The notes under the pieces: generated by a model
Databases searched by the model: none
The model's input: only the letters and a program-made list of their open reading frames with translations
Told to the model about the DNA's origin: nothing
From: an uncultured Nitrospiraceae bacterium
Lineage (GTDB): Bacteria > Nitrospirota > Nitrospiria > Nitrospirales > Nitrospiraceae
Direction: 5' to 3'
Length of the DNA: 64,000 bases
NCBI GenBank assembly: GCA_963846575.1
Contig: CAWJWJ010000001.1
Location: 704,001 to 768,000, forward strand
In this document: positions 20,789-31,265 of the stretch, piece after piece
Numbering within the stretch: position 1 is the stretch's first letter
Layout: every line of letters starts with the position of its first letter
Position numbers and translations under genes: made by a program

Positions 20789-22423
20789 GTGATGGACCGG
20801 ATGACGCGCATCTACAGTTGGATCGACCGCAATATTCTTGAACTGGCTCGTGAATTTCGACTCTCCTATCTGCCGCCGCTGATGGTCTACATGGCTGCCG
20901 GGATCTCTGGCCTCACCGGCATCGTGGGCACCTTCTTCGTCAAAGATTATCTGGGCCTGTCCGCGGCGTTCCTCGCGGCGCTGGGTTTCTGGGCCGGCAT
21001 TCCCTGGGCGCTCAAGATGCCCTTCGGCCATCTGGTCGATCTCCTCTGGCGCTGGAAAAGCCTGCTCGTCTATTTCGGTGCGGGAGTGATTGCCGTCAGT
21101 CTGCTCATCATGGTCGGGCTGATCGGTCATCGCGAGGCGATGACGGCCATGATGCCGGCCGAGGTCTGGTACGTGCTCAGTGTCCTGCTGGCCCCGATCG
21201 GTTACGTAATCCAGGACACCGTGGCCGATGCGATGACCGTTGAAGCGGTCCCGAGGATCGACGAGCAGGGACAGCCGTTCGATGAATCCAGACTCAAGCT
21301 GATGCATACCACGATGCAGACGTTGGGCCGGGTGGCCATTATCGGTGGAGGGATTCTGGTCGCGCTGATCAATCTCTATCTCTTCACCGGCGTGGAGAAC
21401 CTGCCGAAAGAACGGATCGCCGAAATCTATCAGCAGGTCTATCTCATGGCGCTGGTCATCCCGGCCGTCTCAGTTCTGGGAGTGGTCGCGGCATCCATCC
21501 TGCGGGTTCGCGAGAAACGGCGGCTCTTGCGTCAGGGCATGACGGCTGCGCAAGTGGCGTCGGTGATCGACCGGTCGGATGAGGCGACGAGGCCCAATTG
21601 GTGGATTCTGGGCGGCAGTCTCGCGTTTGTGATCTTCACCCTGACGGTCGGATTCGGAGATTTTCCCTATAACGAAGAAATTGTGTTTGCCGGCTCAATG
21701 GGTATCGTGTGCCTGTTGATTCTGCGATTGACGGATGAGCTGGCCCCTGATGCGAAACATGTGCTCCTCGGCACGGCGCTCGTCATCTTTGTCTTCCGCG
21801 CCATACCGGGTCCGGGCGATGGTGTCACCTGGTGGATGATCGACAAGCTGAAGTTTGATCAGCAGTTTTTATCGGTGCTCTCACTGATCGGCAGTGCCCT
21901 GACCCTCGCCGGCATGTTTCTCTTCCGCCGCTTCATGGCCGAGCGGTCAATCGCCTATGTCGTGGGATTCCTGACGGCCGCGGCGTTTGTCCTGGGGCTA
22001 CCCATCGTCAGCATGTATTACGGGTTGCACCACTGGACCGCCGCGCTGACCGGCGGAGTGGTTGATGCCCGATTCATCGCCCTGGTCAATACGGCCCTCG
22101 AATCTCCCCTCGGCCAAATCTCCATGATTCCCATGCTGGCCTGGATCGCCAATTCCGCCCCGGCGAATCTCAAGGCCACCTATTTCGCCGTGATGGCCTC
22201 CTTCACCAACCTGGCACTGTCGCTGAGCCAGCTCGGCACAAAATATCTGAACCAAGCCTTTGTGATCACCCGGGAGGTGCGCGATCCGGTGACGCAAACG
22301 CTTCAAGTGCCCGAAGATTATTCTCAGCTTGGCGCCCTGCTCCTGGTGCAGATTGTCCTGGGCCTCGCACTCCCCTTTGCTGCGATCGTGTTTACCCGGT
22401 TGACCCGCTTTCGGAGTGCGTGA
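20789..22423 (+). CDS. BT1 (folate/biopterin)-like MFS membrane protein
   Basis: PWALKMPFG, QDTVADAMTVE, AP..LKATYFAVMASFTN; many hydrophobic helices. Confidence 0.75.
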   Translation: MMDRMTRIYSWIDRNILELAREFRLSYLPPLMVYMAAGISGLTGIVGTFFVKDYLGLSAAFLAALGFWAGIPWALKMPFGHLVDLLWRWKSLLVYFGAGVIAVSLLIMVGLIGHREAMTAMMPAEVWYVLSVLLAPIGYVIQDTVADAMTVEAVPRIDEQGQPFDESRLKLMHTTMQTLGRVAIIGGGILVALINLYLFTGVENLPKERIAEIYQQVYLMALVIPAVSVLGVVAASILRVREKRRLLRQGMTAAQVASVIDRSDEATRPNWWILGGSLAFVIFTLTVGFGDFPYNEEIVFAGSMGIVCLLILRLTDELAPDAKHVLLGTALVIFVFRAIPGPGDGVTWWMIDKLKFDQQFLSVLSLIGSALTLAGMFLFRRFMAERSIAYVVGFLTAAAFVLGLPIVSMYYGLHHWTAALTGGVVDARFIALVNTALESPLGQISMIPMLAWIANSAPANLKATYFAVMASFTNLALSLSQLGTKYLNQAFVITREVRDPVTQTLQVPEDYSQLGALLLVQIVLGLALPFAAIVFTRLTRFRSA

Positions 22424-22443
22424 GCTTTGGGAGACCTGTGTCA

Positions 22444-23385
22444 ATGAGTTCTCTCCAGTTCCTTGCGGACCATGGCGCGGTGGTGCTGTTCTGGGTGATT
22501 TTCATCGAACAGGCCGGCGCGCCCATTCCGGCTATTCCCCTCCTGATCGCGGCTGGTGCGCTCGTCGGCGCCGGACAAATGAGCGCCTTCACGGCCTTGC
22601 TCGTGCCGGTCGCGGCCTCCCTTCCGCCGGATCTTGCGTGGTATTACCTGGGGCGTACCAGAGGAGGGAAGGTCCTAGGGCTTCTCTGCCGTCTTTCGCT
22701 GGAGCCGGATTCCTGCGTGCGAGACACGGAGAATATGTTTCACAAAAACGGCCCCCGCTCGCTTCTGCTGGCGAAGTTCATTCCCGGATTGAGCACGGTG
22801 GCGCCGCCCCTGGCGGGGATTGTCGGAATGCCCGCCGTCACATTCATCCTGTACGATCTGGGGGGGACGTTGATCTGGGCAGGGGTGAGCGCGGGCGTCG
22901 GCGCGCTGTTCAGTGACCAACTGGAGTATCTGGTCGGGTTATTCGATCAGGCCGGCGTGTGGGTGCTCGCGATGCTGTTCCTCGGGGTCTCGGGGTACAT
23001 CGGCTACAAATACTATCATCGGCAGATGTTTTTGCGATATTTGCGAATGGCAAAGATTTCAGTCGAGGAATTGAAACAACGATTGGATGCCGGAGAAATG
23101 ATCAGCGTGGTCGATGTCCGGCACCCGCTCGCCCTGGAACTCGATCCTGACACCATCCCCGGTGCGATCAATTTCACGATGGAAGAAATCGAACACCGTC
23201 ATCATGAAATCCCTCGTGACCGGGACATCGTGCTCTACTGTACCTGCCCGAATGAAGTATCCAGCGCCAGGACCGCCTATCTATTAAAGAAAAAAGGGAT
23301 CCATCGGGTGCGTCCCCTGGTCGGCGGCCTCGATGCATGGCGCGAACGAAAGTTCCCGGTGGACCGGCGACGGACCACGATTTGA
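22444..23385 (+). CDS. DedA/VTT domain plus rhodanese fusion protein
   Basis: EQAGAPIPA, AKFIPG; C-terminal VDVR, IPGA, YCTCPNE, LVGGLDAW. Confidence 0.9.
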   Translation: MSSLQFLADHGAVVLFWVIFIEQAGAPIPAIPLLIAAGALVGAGQMSAFTALLVPVAASLPPDLAWYYLGRTRGGKVLGLLCRLSLEPDSCVRDTENMFHKNGPRSLLLAKFIPGLSTVAPPLAGIVGMPAVTFILYDLGGTLIWAGVSAGVGALFSDQLEYLVGLFDQAGVWVLAMLFLGVSGYIGYKYYHRQMFLRYLRMAKISVEELKQRLDAGEMISVVDVRHPLALELDPDTIPGAINFTMEEIEHRHHEIPRDRDIVLYCTCPNEVSSARTAYLLKKKGIHRVRPLVGGLDAWRERKFPVDRRRTTI

Positions 23386-23477
23386 ATACCTGCAGGGTAC
23401 AGGTGATCAGACGTTCGATATGACGCCGGAATGCGAATCCTGATGGAAACGCAGCCGGTCAGAATAGGAGTGTGCTC

Positions 23478-24092
23478 ATGAAGATTCTGATGGCCTGTGT
23501 GGTGTCGGTGCTTTCGCTGGGTTCACAGGGGGGCGAAGCCGGCGTGGTTCCTGTCAAGGAGGCAGACGTGAGCGGAGCCCAGAGATGGCTCGTGAAAAGC
23601 GCCTCCCGCCAGAAGAGCTCCTTTGCAAAATATAAGGTGGTCGGGGTTTTTCAGCGAGACAAGCAATTTGTGGGCGGCTCTGCCATGGCCGATGTCACGA
23701 AGCAGGTGGAATTCGAATTCAGCTGGCCGCTGGAGGACGCGCCGCCACCGAGGGTCCTGCCCAACATCCCCACACAGGCAGAGCATTATCGAGATGGCTC
23801 GGGCGTCTGCCCCGCTCCGATCCTCAAGGGAAGCTACGAACATTTTGAGCTCAAAAGCATCACGGTGATCGGTACGATGTTCGGCCTTATGGGCGAGCGG
23901 AGAACGCCTGACATGGACCAATATGTCGGGGGCGGCGGGTGCGCGGGAACGCGTCCGGTGCAGGGGCAGGCTCGTGAAGAACAGTTGCTGGTGACGCTAC
24001 CTCCTGATTTGTTTACGGGGAACATATCCAAGGGGCAGGTCATAAAACAGCAGGAACAGGAATGGACCTGGACGTTCACGCCGATTCCTTGA
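23478..24092 (+). CDS. hypothetical secreted protein
   Basis: SD AGGAG, N-terminal signal-like segment; no family recognised. Confidence 0.65.
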   Translation: MKILMACVVSVLSLGSQGGEAGVVPVKEADVSGAQRWLVKSASRQKSSFAKYKVVGVFQRDKQFVGGSAMADVTKQVEFEFSWPLEDAPPPRVLPNIPTQAEHYRDGSGVCPAPILKGSYEHFELKSITVIGTMFGLMGERRTPDMDQYVGGGGCAGTRPVQGQAREEQLLVTLPPDLFTGNISKGQVIKQQEQEWTWTFTPIP

Positions 24093-24190
24093 GAGCCGGA
24101 AGGACTCCTGGTGGATTCGTCTGACCTCCTTTCGGCCCTGGCATCCCCTTGACCCCTGTTGTATGATGGCCATCTAGGATAGAGCACCTA

Positions 24191-24297
24191 CATGACGTAG
24201 GGTTCGCCGGACCGGGGATCCCGAGAATGTTCCACCTGGTCCTCTGGCGAGGCGGCAGCCAGTACTCCGGAAAATCGTACTATCGCTCTGCGTCATG
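24191..24297 (+). ncRNA. candidate structured RNA upstream of tmRNA
   Basis: closing helix CATGACGTAGGG/CTCTGCGTCATG with G-U pairs, enclosing TCGCCGGA..ACCGGG/CCTGGT..TCTGGCGA and AGTAC/GTACT arms. Confidence 0.4.
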
Positions 24298-24347
24298 CCT
24301 CGTAGAGAAGTCAGAACAGTCAGAGCCTTGTTAACATTCGACTGAAA

Positions 24348-24701
24348 GGGGGCGACCGGTTTCGACGGGGATACTGATGCCATCGTCGCATGTCGAGCTC
24401 TCGGGGTCTCGTAAATCCTCCGGGAAAATGCAACTGCCAATCAAGAACTGGCACTCGCAGCTTAATTATTTAAGCTGAGACGTCGTTCCATCTGAGGCCC
24501 GCGGGGGTGGAATGGCGCGATGCAGCGGGCTGGTCCAACGTCGGTGCTCAGCGGCAGTGGACGAGACAATACTGGGCTAGCGGCGGTTCTAAGCCTGCCG
24601 ATAGGCGTGGGTCGCTGCGAAATTTAAAGAATCGGCTACACATGTAGAAGCGATGAGCCGACGATCTTCGGACAGGGGTTCAACTCCCCTCGCCTCCACC
24701 A
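24348..24701 (+). ncRNA. ssrA: tmRNA
   Basis: 5' GGGGGCGACCGGTTTCGAC, tag frame (A)ANQELALAA* at 24436-24465, 3' GGGTTCAACTCCCCTCGCCTCCACCA. Confidence 0.97.
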
Positions 24702-25455
24702 ACTCTGTACGTACCGCCGACCTCGGCTCGAGTAGACACAGGGGTCGGCGGGCACGTATGTGAGGGAGGGCTTCATCAGGAGAACCTTCAGGTGACCTGC
24801 GGGTTCCCTTCCGATCTAGCCTGTTCAAAGCCTGCGTAGAGGGCCCTCCTCACCACCTCATTTGTCTCCTACCGTACCTGCCACCAGCATGCAGACCGCC
24901 CTTTCGGAGAGCGATTCCGTTAATTCGAGTATTGCCATGCACCACGGTATCGGCCTTCCCGTCCATCGGGCGCCTGTGCTCGCGGAGAGGCTCGTAGTCT
25001 GCGGAACTGCTTTCCTGGGTGCGTGCCTCGCCAGTTTCCCGTGGTTGTCGCATCCTGCCTCTGGCTGGCGCATGTAGCTCCATTCAGCATCCAAATTGTG
25101 TGGAATAATGCGCCAGTCCTTAGCCTTGTTCAGTTTGCCGACCGGGTCGTTCACCTGCGAAAGCTAAGTTTTTCGGGAGATTCTGGTTCCCGCCTTTCAG
25201 GTTCCTTCGCTTCGACAAAGGCATGTGTTTTGCTGAGACCAGGTCTTAGCGTGCTCGTGCGGATTCACGGTGAGCCGAGCGAGGGAGGAGCGAACAAAGA
25301 TAGGAATAGAGCGCCGGCATACCATGATTCCGTCTCGGCAACAGAAACAGGACGCTTCGCACCAGCGGTCGAACTCGTCACCGATCGGAACGAGCCCTGG
25401 CTGCGGTTGCACTGTTGGGAGTCGTTTAAGTAAAATGGGGTATTCGGGCACAGAC

Positions 25456-25472
25456 TGTTACAGCCTGTAACA
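25456..25472. promoter_or_regulatory. inverted-repeat operator candidate
   Basis: TGTTACA-GCC-TGTAACA, 26 bp before the lipoprotein start. Confidence 0.5.
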
Positions 25473-25498
25473 AATCACATCACTTTAGGAGGTTTAAT

Positions 25499-25930
25499 AT
25501 GATGAATTCTAGAAATGTCTGGTCGGTAGGTATGATGGCAGTGGCCTGCGCTGTACTATCTGCTTGTTCGAGCATTCCACAGACCACCCGAACGGCAGCC
25601 ATCCATGACATTTCCATTACCGATGCGCTCAAGAATGACAATCTGGTCGTTCAGCCGGGAGACGAAATCCGTTGGGTCAACCTGCGGAAGGATACTGCAC
25701 GTGTCGATATCCCCAATCTGGTTGCGGAAGATTTGGCCTGCCGGCGCGGCTTCTCCAATTGGATGGGGCAGCTGAGGGAAACGGCCGAACTTGGCGAAAA
25801 CGAGACGGCTTCCTTATGCTTCAAGAAAGCCCAAATCATCAATTACAACGTGCGAGCGGAAACCGCTCTTGGTGGTGGGATGAAGATCCTGCCCGGTACC
25901 GTTCGGATCGATAATGCCATGCCTAAGTAG
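25499..25930 (+). CDS. lipoprotein, possible cupredoxin-like fold
   Basis: SD AGGAGG; lipobox LSAC; L.VQPGDEIRWVN and ASLCF...NY.V. Confidence 0.75.
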   Translation: MMNSRNVWSVGMMAVACAVLSACSSIPQTTRTAAIHDISITDALKNDNLVVQPGDEIRWVNLRKDTARVDIPNLVAEDLACRRGFSNWMGQLRETAELGENETASLCFKKAQIINYNVRAETALGGGMKILPGTVRIDNAMPK

Positions 25931-26759
25931 GGTTCGCGAATCGCGAAACGCGAGTGATCGATGCGTTTTCCGGGTCGTTCATTCGTGACGGGCGATTCAG
26001 ACCGGTTGGTGTTGTTGAAAGGATTCACGCGAATGACCCAGCGCACATTCATCTCCTCCTGGCGATGATCGGCGCTGGGTCACCAGCCCATCCATGATTG
26101 GGAGTGTCAGAACCCGTTGCTTCCGATCATGTCGTCTCATCTCCAGGTAGCGAAAAGTTGGCTTTTGTGAGGCGTTGCGATGCGCGCCTCCGAAGGCGGC
26201 ATTCATGGTCCTCGCGCTATTCGCAAAGGCCGCGGAGATTGGCAACGAGCTGTTTCTGATCGTTGGTGATACGGTTGTAGAATCGGTGGTCGCTGAGATC
26301 GGTGTCAGAAACAGTACGAGTTCGCCGTACACCTCATTTTGAATCTTCAGCGGGTTGACGGTGACTGCGAAACGGAACGCTGCCTCCCTCGCCCATCCAG
26401 GGTTCGGTATGGCCAACAGCGGCGGCCGTTGGATCAGAAGCGCGGGCATTCGTCCGTGATCGAGAACGATCGCCCGTTCACGTGAAGAGCCTGGGCGGCA
26501 TGGGATCGTATCGGACGGCTGGCGTTGGGTTGTCTTGACTTGTGCGACGCCGCTCGGGCTTGATATGGCAAAACGGATTCCGTTCGGATCTCCAGCCGGG
26601 AGCCGAAGACGGGATCGCTATGTGGTCAGGGTGGGGAGAGCCAGTCGACCGAACCGCTTCCATAGATGTGGGCGGAAGGTGGCAGCAACCGATAGTGCTG
26701 CAAGACTGAAGGCCTAGACCGTAAGAAATGCTCGCCCGAAGTTAACCGCAGGAGAACAT

Positions 26760-28991
26760 ATGCGTCTGTCGCTCCGGTTCATCCTTCCGTTGCTGCTGGT
26801 CTTGGGCGCCGTGGCCTACAGTGTCGTCCCACTGGTCGATTCGCTCACCCTGAAGTGGTTCACGAGGGATCTTGAAAGCCGATCCAAATTACTGGCCAGC
26901 ACCATGGAAGTGCCGTTATCCGACCTTGTGGCGACGCGCTCGCGCACAAAAATCTTTGCCTATTTTCATAAGGTGATACAGGACGAGCGGCTGTATGCGC
27001 TTGGTTTTTGCGATACCCAGCAACGGTTGCTCTATCAAACCCTGACCTATCCCGACCAATTGACTTGCGAGAGTCTGGCCCACCTCGCGCCCGGGTCGTC
27101 GGAAGTGGTGGAGTTCGCGCAAGGGGCGTTGCACGTTGTGGTCGCGACCATTCAAGCGGGTGGGAAAAATCAGGGCCGGCTCATGCTGGTCCACGACATG
27201 AGTTTTGTGCACCAGCGCAGTACCGACACGAAGTGGTACATTTTTTACCTTTTCGTCGGCCTGGCAGCGCTGGTCTCCGCGGTCACGGTGCTCGTCGCGC
27301 ATTTGAGCTGGCGAGGCTGGGTGGCCGGAGTGCGAGCCATGCTGACCAAGACCGGTCTGCCCACGAAGTCCGATGAAACCCATTCTCCCGAATTGCACCC
27401 GGTTGCTCAGGACCTTCATGCGCTGGTGCGTGAGTTGGAAGCCGACCGCCGCATGCGAGATGAAAGCCAGATCACCTGGAGCCCGGCCAGCCTCAAGACG
27501 ATCCTGCACGAGCATCTCTCCGGTGACGAAATTCTGATCGTGTCCAATCGGCAGCCCTATATCCACAATCGCCGCGGACAGAAGATCGAGGTGCAGGTGC
27601 CGGCCAGCGGCCTGGTCTCCGCATTGGAGCCGGTCATGCGTGCCTGTTCAGGGGTGTGGATTGCCCATGGTAATGGCTCGGCAGACCGTGAAGTGGTGGA
27701 TAGCCGCGATCATGTGAGGGTTCCCCCTGACCACCCCTCCTACGATATCCGTCGCATCTGGCTCACGCCCGACGAGGAATCCGGGTTTTATTACGGATTC
27801 TCCAACGAGGGTCTCTGGCCCTTGTGCCACAACGCCCATGTCCGCCCGACGTTTCGCACCTCCGACTGGGAGCAGTATGTGGCGGTCAACGAACGTTTTG
27901 CCAAGGCCGTCATCGAAGAGGCTAAGACGGATGATCCGGTTGTGCTGGTCCAGGACTACCACTTCGCGCTGTTGCCCAAGATGGTGCGCGAAAAGCTGCC
28001 GAACGCGACCATCATCGTGTTCTGGCACATTCCATGGCCGAACGCGGAAAGTTACGGCATTTGCCCCTGGCGGCAGGAAATTCTGGAAGGGTTACTCGGG
28101 AGCAGCATTGTCGGCTTTCACACCCGCGAACATGGCAACCATTTTCTCTACTGCATCGATCGTATTCTCGAAGCGCGCATCGACCGGGATACCTCGACGG
28201 TGTCCTACGGGGGACGCCTCACGGCGGTCAACCCCTACCCCATCTCGATCGAATGGCCGTCGCGCTGGTTGGAGAACCAACGGCCGGTGCCCGACTGCCG
28301 GACGCATATCCGGGAACGTCATGCCATGGGGCCGGATCGACTGGTGGGGATCGGTGTGGACCGGCTCGATTACACGAAAGGTATTATCGAGCGGTTCAGC
28401 GCGGTTGAACGATTGTTCGAACTGCAGCCGGAATGGGTCGGAAAATTTACGTTCGTTCAGATTGCGGCGCCGAGCCGGACGATCATCGATCAGTACCAGC
28501 ATTTTCACGACCAGGTGTATGCGCTGGCCGAGCGCATCAATAAACGGTTCGGACGTGAGGGCTACGAGCCGATCGTCTTGAAAGTCAAACATCATGAGCC
28601 TCCGGATGTGTATGAGTATTATCGGGCATCCGAGCTCTGTTTCGTCACGAGTCTTCACGACGGGATGAATCTCGTGGCGAAAGAGTTCATTGCCTCGCGG
28701 GACGACGACCAAGGCGTGTTGATCCTGAGCCAGTTCACGGGAGCGGCTCAAGAGCTGCCCGAGGCCCTGGTGGTTAATCCATACGACATGGATCAATGCG
28801 CAGCCGCACTGCACATGGCGCTATCGATGTCGCCGAAGGAGCAGCGAGCCCGCATGCGGAGCATGCGTGGCCTGATTCAAGAGTTTAACGTCTATCGCTG
28901 GGCGGGGCGCATGCTCATGGATGCCGCGCGCATGCGTCGCCGCATTCGCGTCATGAAGCAGGTGGGCCAAGCCCCGGGACGGGTCCGGTAG
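26760..28991 (+). CDS. otsA: trehalose-6-phosphate synthase with N-terminal two-TM extension
   Basis: [59 protein letters not shown]. Confidence 0.93.
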   Translation: MRLSLRFILPLLLVLGAVAYSVVPLVDSLTLKWFTRDLESRSKLLASTMEVPLSDLVATRSRTKIFAYFHKVIQDERLYALGFCDTQQRLLYQTLTYPDQLTCESLAHLAPGSSEVVEFAQGALHVVVATIQAGGKNQGRLMLVHDMSFVHQRSTDTKWYIFYLFVGLAALVSAVTVLVAHLSWRGWVAGVRAMLTKTGLPTKSDETHSPELHPVAQDLHALVRELEADRRMRDESQITWSPASLKTILHEHLSGDEILIVSNRQPYIHNRRGQKIEVQVPASGLVSALEPVMRACSGVWIAHGNGSADREVVDSRDHVRVPPDHPSYDIRRIWLTPDEESGFYYGFSNEGLWPLCHNAHVRPTFRTSDWEQYVAVNERFAKAVIEEAKTDDPVVLVQDYHFALLPKMVREKLPNATIIVFWHIPWPNAESYGICPWRQEILEGLLGSSIVGFHTREHGNHFLYCIDRILEARIDRDTSTVSYGGRLTAVNPYPISIEWPSRWLENQRPVPDCRTHIRERHAMGPDRLVGIGVDRLDYTKGIIERFSAVERLFELQPEWVGKFTFVQIAAPSRTIIDQYQHFHDQVYALAERINKRFGREGYEPIVLKVKHHEPPDVYEYYRASELCFVTSLHDGMNLVAKEFIASRDDDQGVLILSQFTGAAQELPEALVVNPYDMDQCAAALHMALSMSPKEQRARMRSMRGLIQEFNVYRWAGRMLMDAARMRRRIRVMKQVGQAPGRVR

Positions 28992-28999
28992 CCGTACCG

Positions 29000-29773
29000 A
29001 TGCAGAACGTGCTCAGAACGCCAGGCAAGCGCGCGCTTGATCAGATCGCCGGCCAGGAGGCCGTCCTGTTTGCCTTCGATTTCGACGGCACGCTGGCGCA
29101 AATCGTCCAGGATCGGCATGCGGCTGTGCTCACGCAACCCATACGGGAGGCGCTGCAGGCGTTGGCCGCGAAGGCACCGACCGCCGTGATTTCAGGTCGC
29201 GCGCTGGCCGATCTGCAGCCGCGAGTCGAAGGCATCTCCGCCCATCTGGTTGGAAACCACGGCTTGGAAGGACTTCACACCTCGGAGCACGTCATGCACC
29301 AGGCGCAAGATTGTTGCCGCGCCTGGCTGAAGACGGTGGCGAAAGAGCAGCCGGGCCTGACCAAGGTCGGCGTGGTGGTGGAGGACAAAACCTTCTCGCT
29401 CACGTTCCACTATCGACAGGCCTCCTGCCCGCAGGCCGCGCGGGAAGCGATTTTCCATATGGCTGCACTCTTAACTCCGGCTCCAAGGCTGGTCATGGGG
29501 AAAGCGGTCGTGAATACGATTCCACCAGGCAGTTTGCACAAGGGTTCCGCGATGTTGGAGTTGATGCATCAATTGCAGACTTCAGCGGCGCTCTATGTGG
29601 GCGATGACGATACCGATGAAGATGTGTTTTCGTTGCCCGACGAGCGCATCGTCACCGTACGCATCGGGAAAAAGGCGGCGTCCGCCGCGCAATATTATCT
29701 TGAGCGGCAGTCGCAGATCGGCCGTCTCCTGACGTACCTCGCCCGCGTCCGTGGCGAGGGGTCGGCATCCTAA
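29000..29773 (+). CDS. otsB: trehalose-6-phosphate phosphatase
   Basis: DFDGTLA, ISGR, GNHGLE, GDDDTDEDVF. Confidence 0.93.
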   Translation: MQNVLRTPGKRALDQIAGQEAVLFAFDFDGTLAQIVQDRHAAVLTQPIREALQALAAKAPTAVISGRALADLQPRVEGISAHLVGNHGLEGLHTSEHVMHQAQDCCRAWLKTVAKEQPGLTKVGVVVEDKTFSLTFHYRQASCPQAAREAIFHMAALLTPAPRLVMGKAVVNTIPPGSLHKGSAMLELMHQLQTSAALYVGDDDTDEDVFSLPDERIVTVRIGKKAASAAQYYLERQSQIGRLLTYLARVRGEGSAS

Positions 29774-29814
29774 CCTTCTTGCGCGGCCACGCCATGCTCC
29801 TACAGGTGTATACA

Positions 29815-30096
29815 GAGACCGGGATGGTGACCTCGCCGGGACGATCCTGATCAGTGGCCGGCGCCTCCTGGGTGAAGAGGTTGATCATGACCGGCGAGTT
29901 CGGTCCCTTCCACGACCAAGCGCTCCCCGGTTTTGGTGGTAAGTGTGGCAGTAGTGGCGAAACTCTTTGTGCATGCCAGGCCACCGTTCGCGAAGCGCGA
30001 GGGCCAATCCCTGTTTGAAGTTATCATTTGGCGCCACGCCATGGGCAACGGCACCTGCGTGAGACACAGGGTACCGCCGGTGATTTCCTTGAGCAT
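29815..30096 (-). pseudogene. macro-domain (Appr-1-p processing-like) pseudogene
   Basis: SD AAGGAGG then MLKEITG; AHGVAPNDNFKQGLALALRERWPGMHKEFRHYCH in a second frame; PKPGSAWSWKG...INLFTQE in a third frame; truncated. Confidence 0.7.
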
Positions 30097-30392
30097 GACA
30101 GCCGCCGCCCTCCTTGGTTATGGGATCCCGCTTTTCCCATAAGAATTGGTACGAGCGAATCAATGGCGGGCTGGAAGTATGCTCTGAGATGCCGAGTACC
30201 GGTCTATTGGTCGGTGTTGTGCACTCCCGGCTCGCTGATGCGAGCTATTCTCCCAAGGCACCTCCAAGGGAACGAGCAGTCATTTCTCTTTGGGCTCGGT
30301 CCGCAGATTGGCGTATCTTCGCCAGTGGAGGGAAACCCAGGGCTATACAGGTCTTCCGGGCGTCCGGAGGTCCGATGTGGAGGGGCGTAGAT

Positions 30393-31211
30393 ATGGCTGA
30401 CTATCGCATCAAGCCAGGTTGCCGATTCACTCTGAAAGATTTCGATCCCGATGACACGGGGCGCTATAAGAAAAACCGTGATGGGAAGGCGAAGGCCAAA
30501 TCGGCTGCGGCCGGCTATGTCGCAAAACTTGATCAGTTGCAGGAACGATTGTATGCCAATGGAAGTCAGGCGGTGTTGATCATTTTGCAGGGAATGGACA
30601 CAAGCGGGAAAGACGGCACGATTAAGAACGTGATGTCCGGTGTCAACCCGCAGGGATGCCGGGTGGCCTCATTCAAGGCGCCGAGCGAGAAGGATCTTAG
30701 CCACGATTTTCTCTGGCGAGTGCATCAGGAAGTGCCGCCGAAGGGATACATCGGAATCTTTAATCGCTCACATTATGAGGATGTGTTGATTACGCAGGTG
30801 CATGGCTGGGTCTCGGATAAGGTCATCACGCAACGCCTCGACCAGATCAACGCGTTCGAAGAAATGCTGGCCGAAAACGGCACCACCATTCTCAAGATCT
30901 TCCTGCACATCTCGAAGGATGAGCAGAAGGAACGGCTTACTGAGCGGATCCAGGACCCTGAGAAGCGTTGGAAGTTCAATGATGGGGATCTCGAGGAACG
31001 GAAGCTCTGGGAGGATTATATCAAGGCGTTTGAAGGTGTCCTGTCGGCCACCAGCACCCAGCATGCGCCTTGGTACGTGGTGCCGGCGAATCGTAAATGG
31101 TATCGGAACCTCGTGGTGGCGGAATTGGTCGTTGAGCAGCTGACGGCGCTGAAACTTTCGACCCCCCCGGCCCCCAAGGGGATAAACTTTGACAAGCTGA
31201 AGATTGTCTAG
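30393..31211 (+). CDS. ppk2: polyphosphate kinase 2 family protein
   Basis: QGMDTSGKDG Walker A, HDFLWR, FNRSHYED, APWYVVPAN.KWYR; start moved to ATG 30393 after SD GGAGG. Confidence 0.93.
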   Translation: MADYRIKPGCRFTLKDFDPDDTGRYKKNRDGKAKAKSAAAGYVAKLDQLQERLYANGSQAVLIILQGMDTSGKDGTIKNVMSGVNPQGCRVASFKAPSEKDLSHDFLWRVHQEVPPKGYIGIFNRSHYEDVLITQVHGWVSDKVITQRLDQINAFEEMLAENGTTILKIFLHISKDEQKERLTERIQDPEKRWKFNDGDLEERKLWEDYIKAFEGVLSATSTQHAPWYVVPANRKWYRNLVVAELVVEQLTALKLSTPPAPKGINFDKLKIV

Positions 31212-31265
31212 GCCGAGTCCCGGAGTCGGGAGACGTCGTTTTCCTTCTAACCAGGAGTGCACATC

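Noticed and set aside
25023..25150. IVWNNAP and FPVVVA fragments reminiscent of an AmoC C-terminus
   Set aside because: Very short matches recalled from memory, with non-colinear spacing; unsupported without a search.
30114..30392. 93-aa N-terminal extension of PPK2
   Set aside because: Not protein-like, and ATG 30393 has a good SD.
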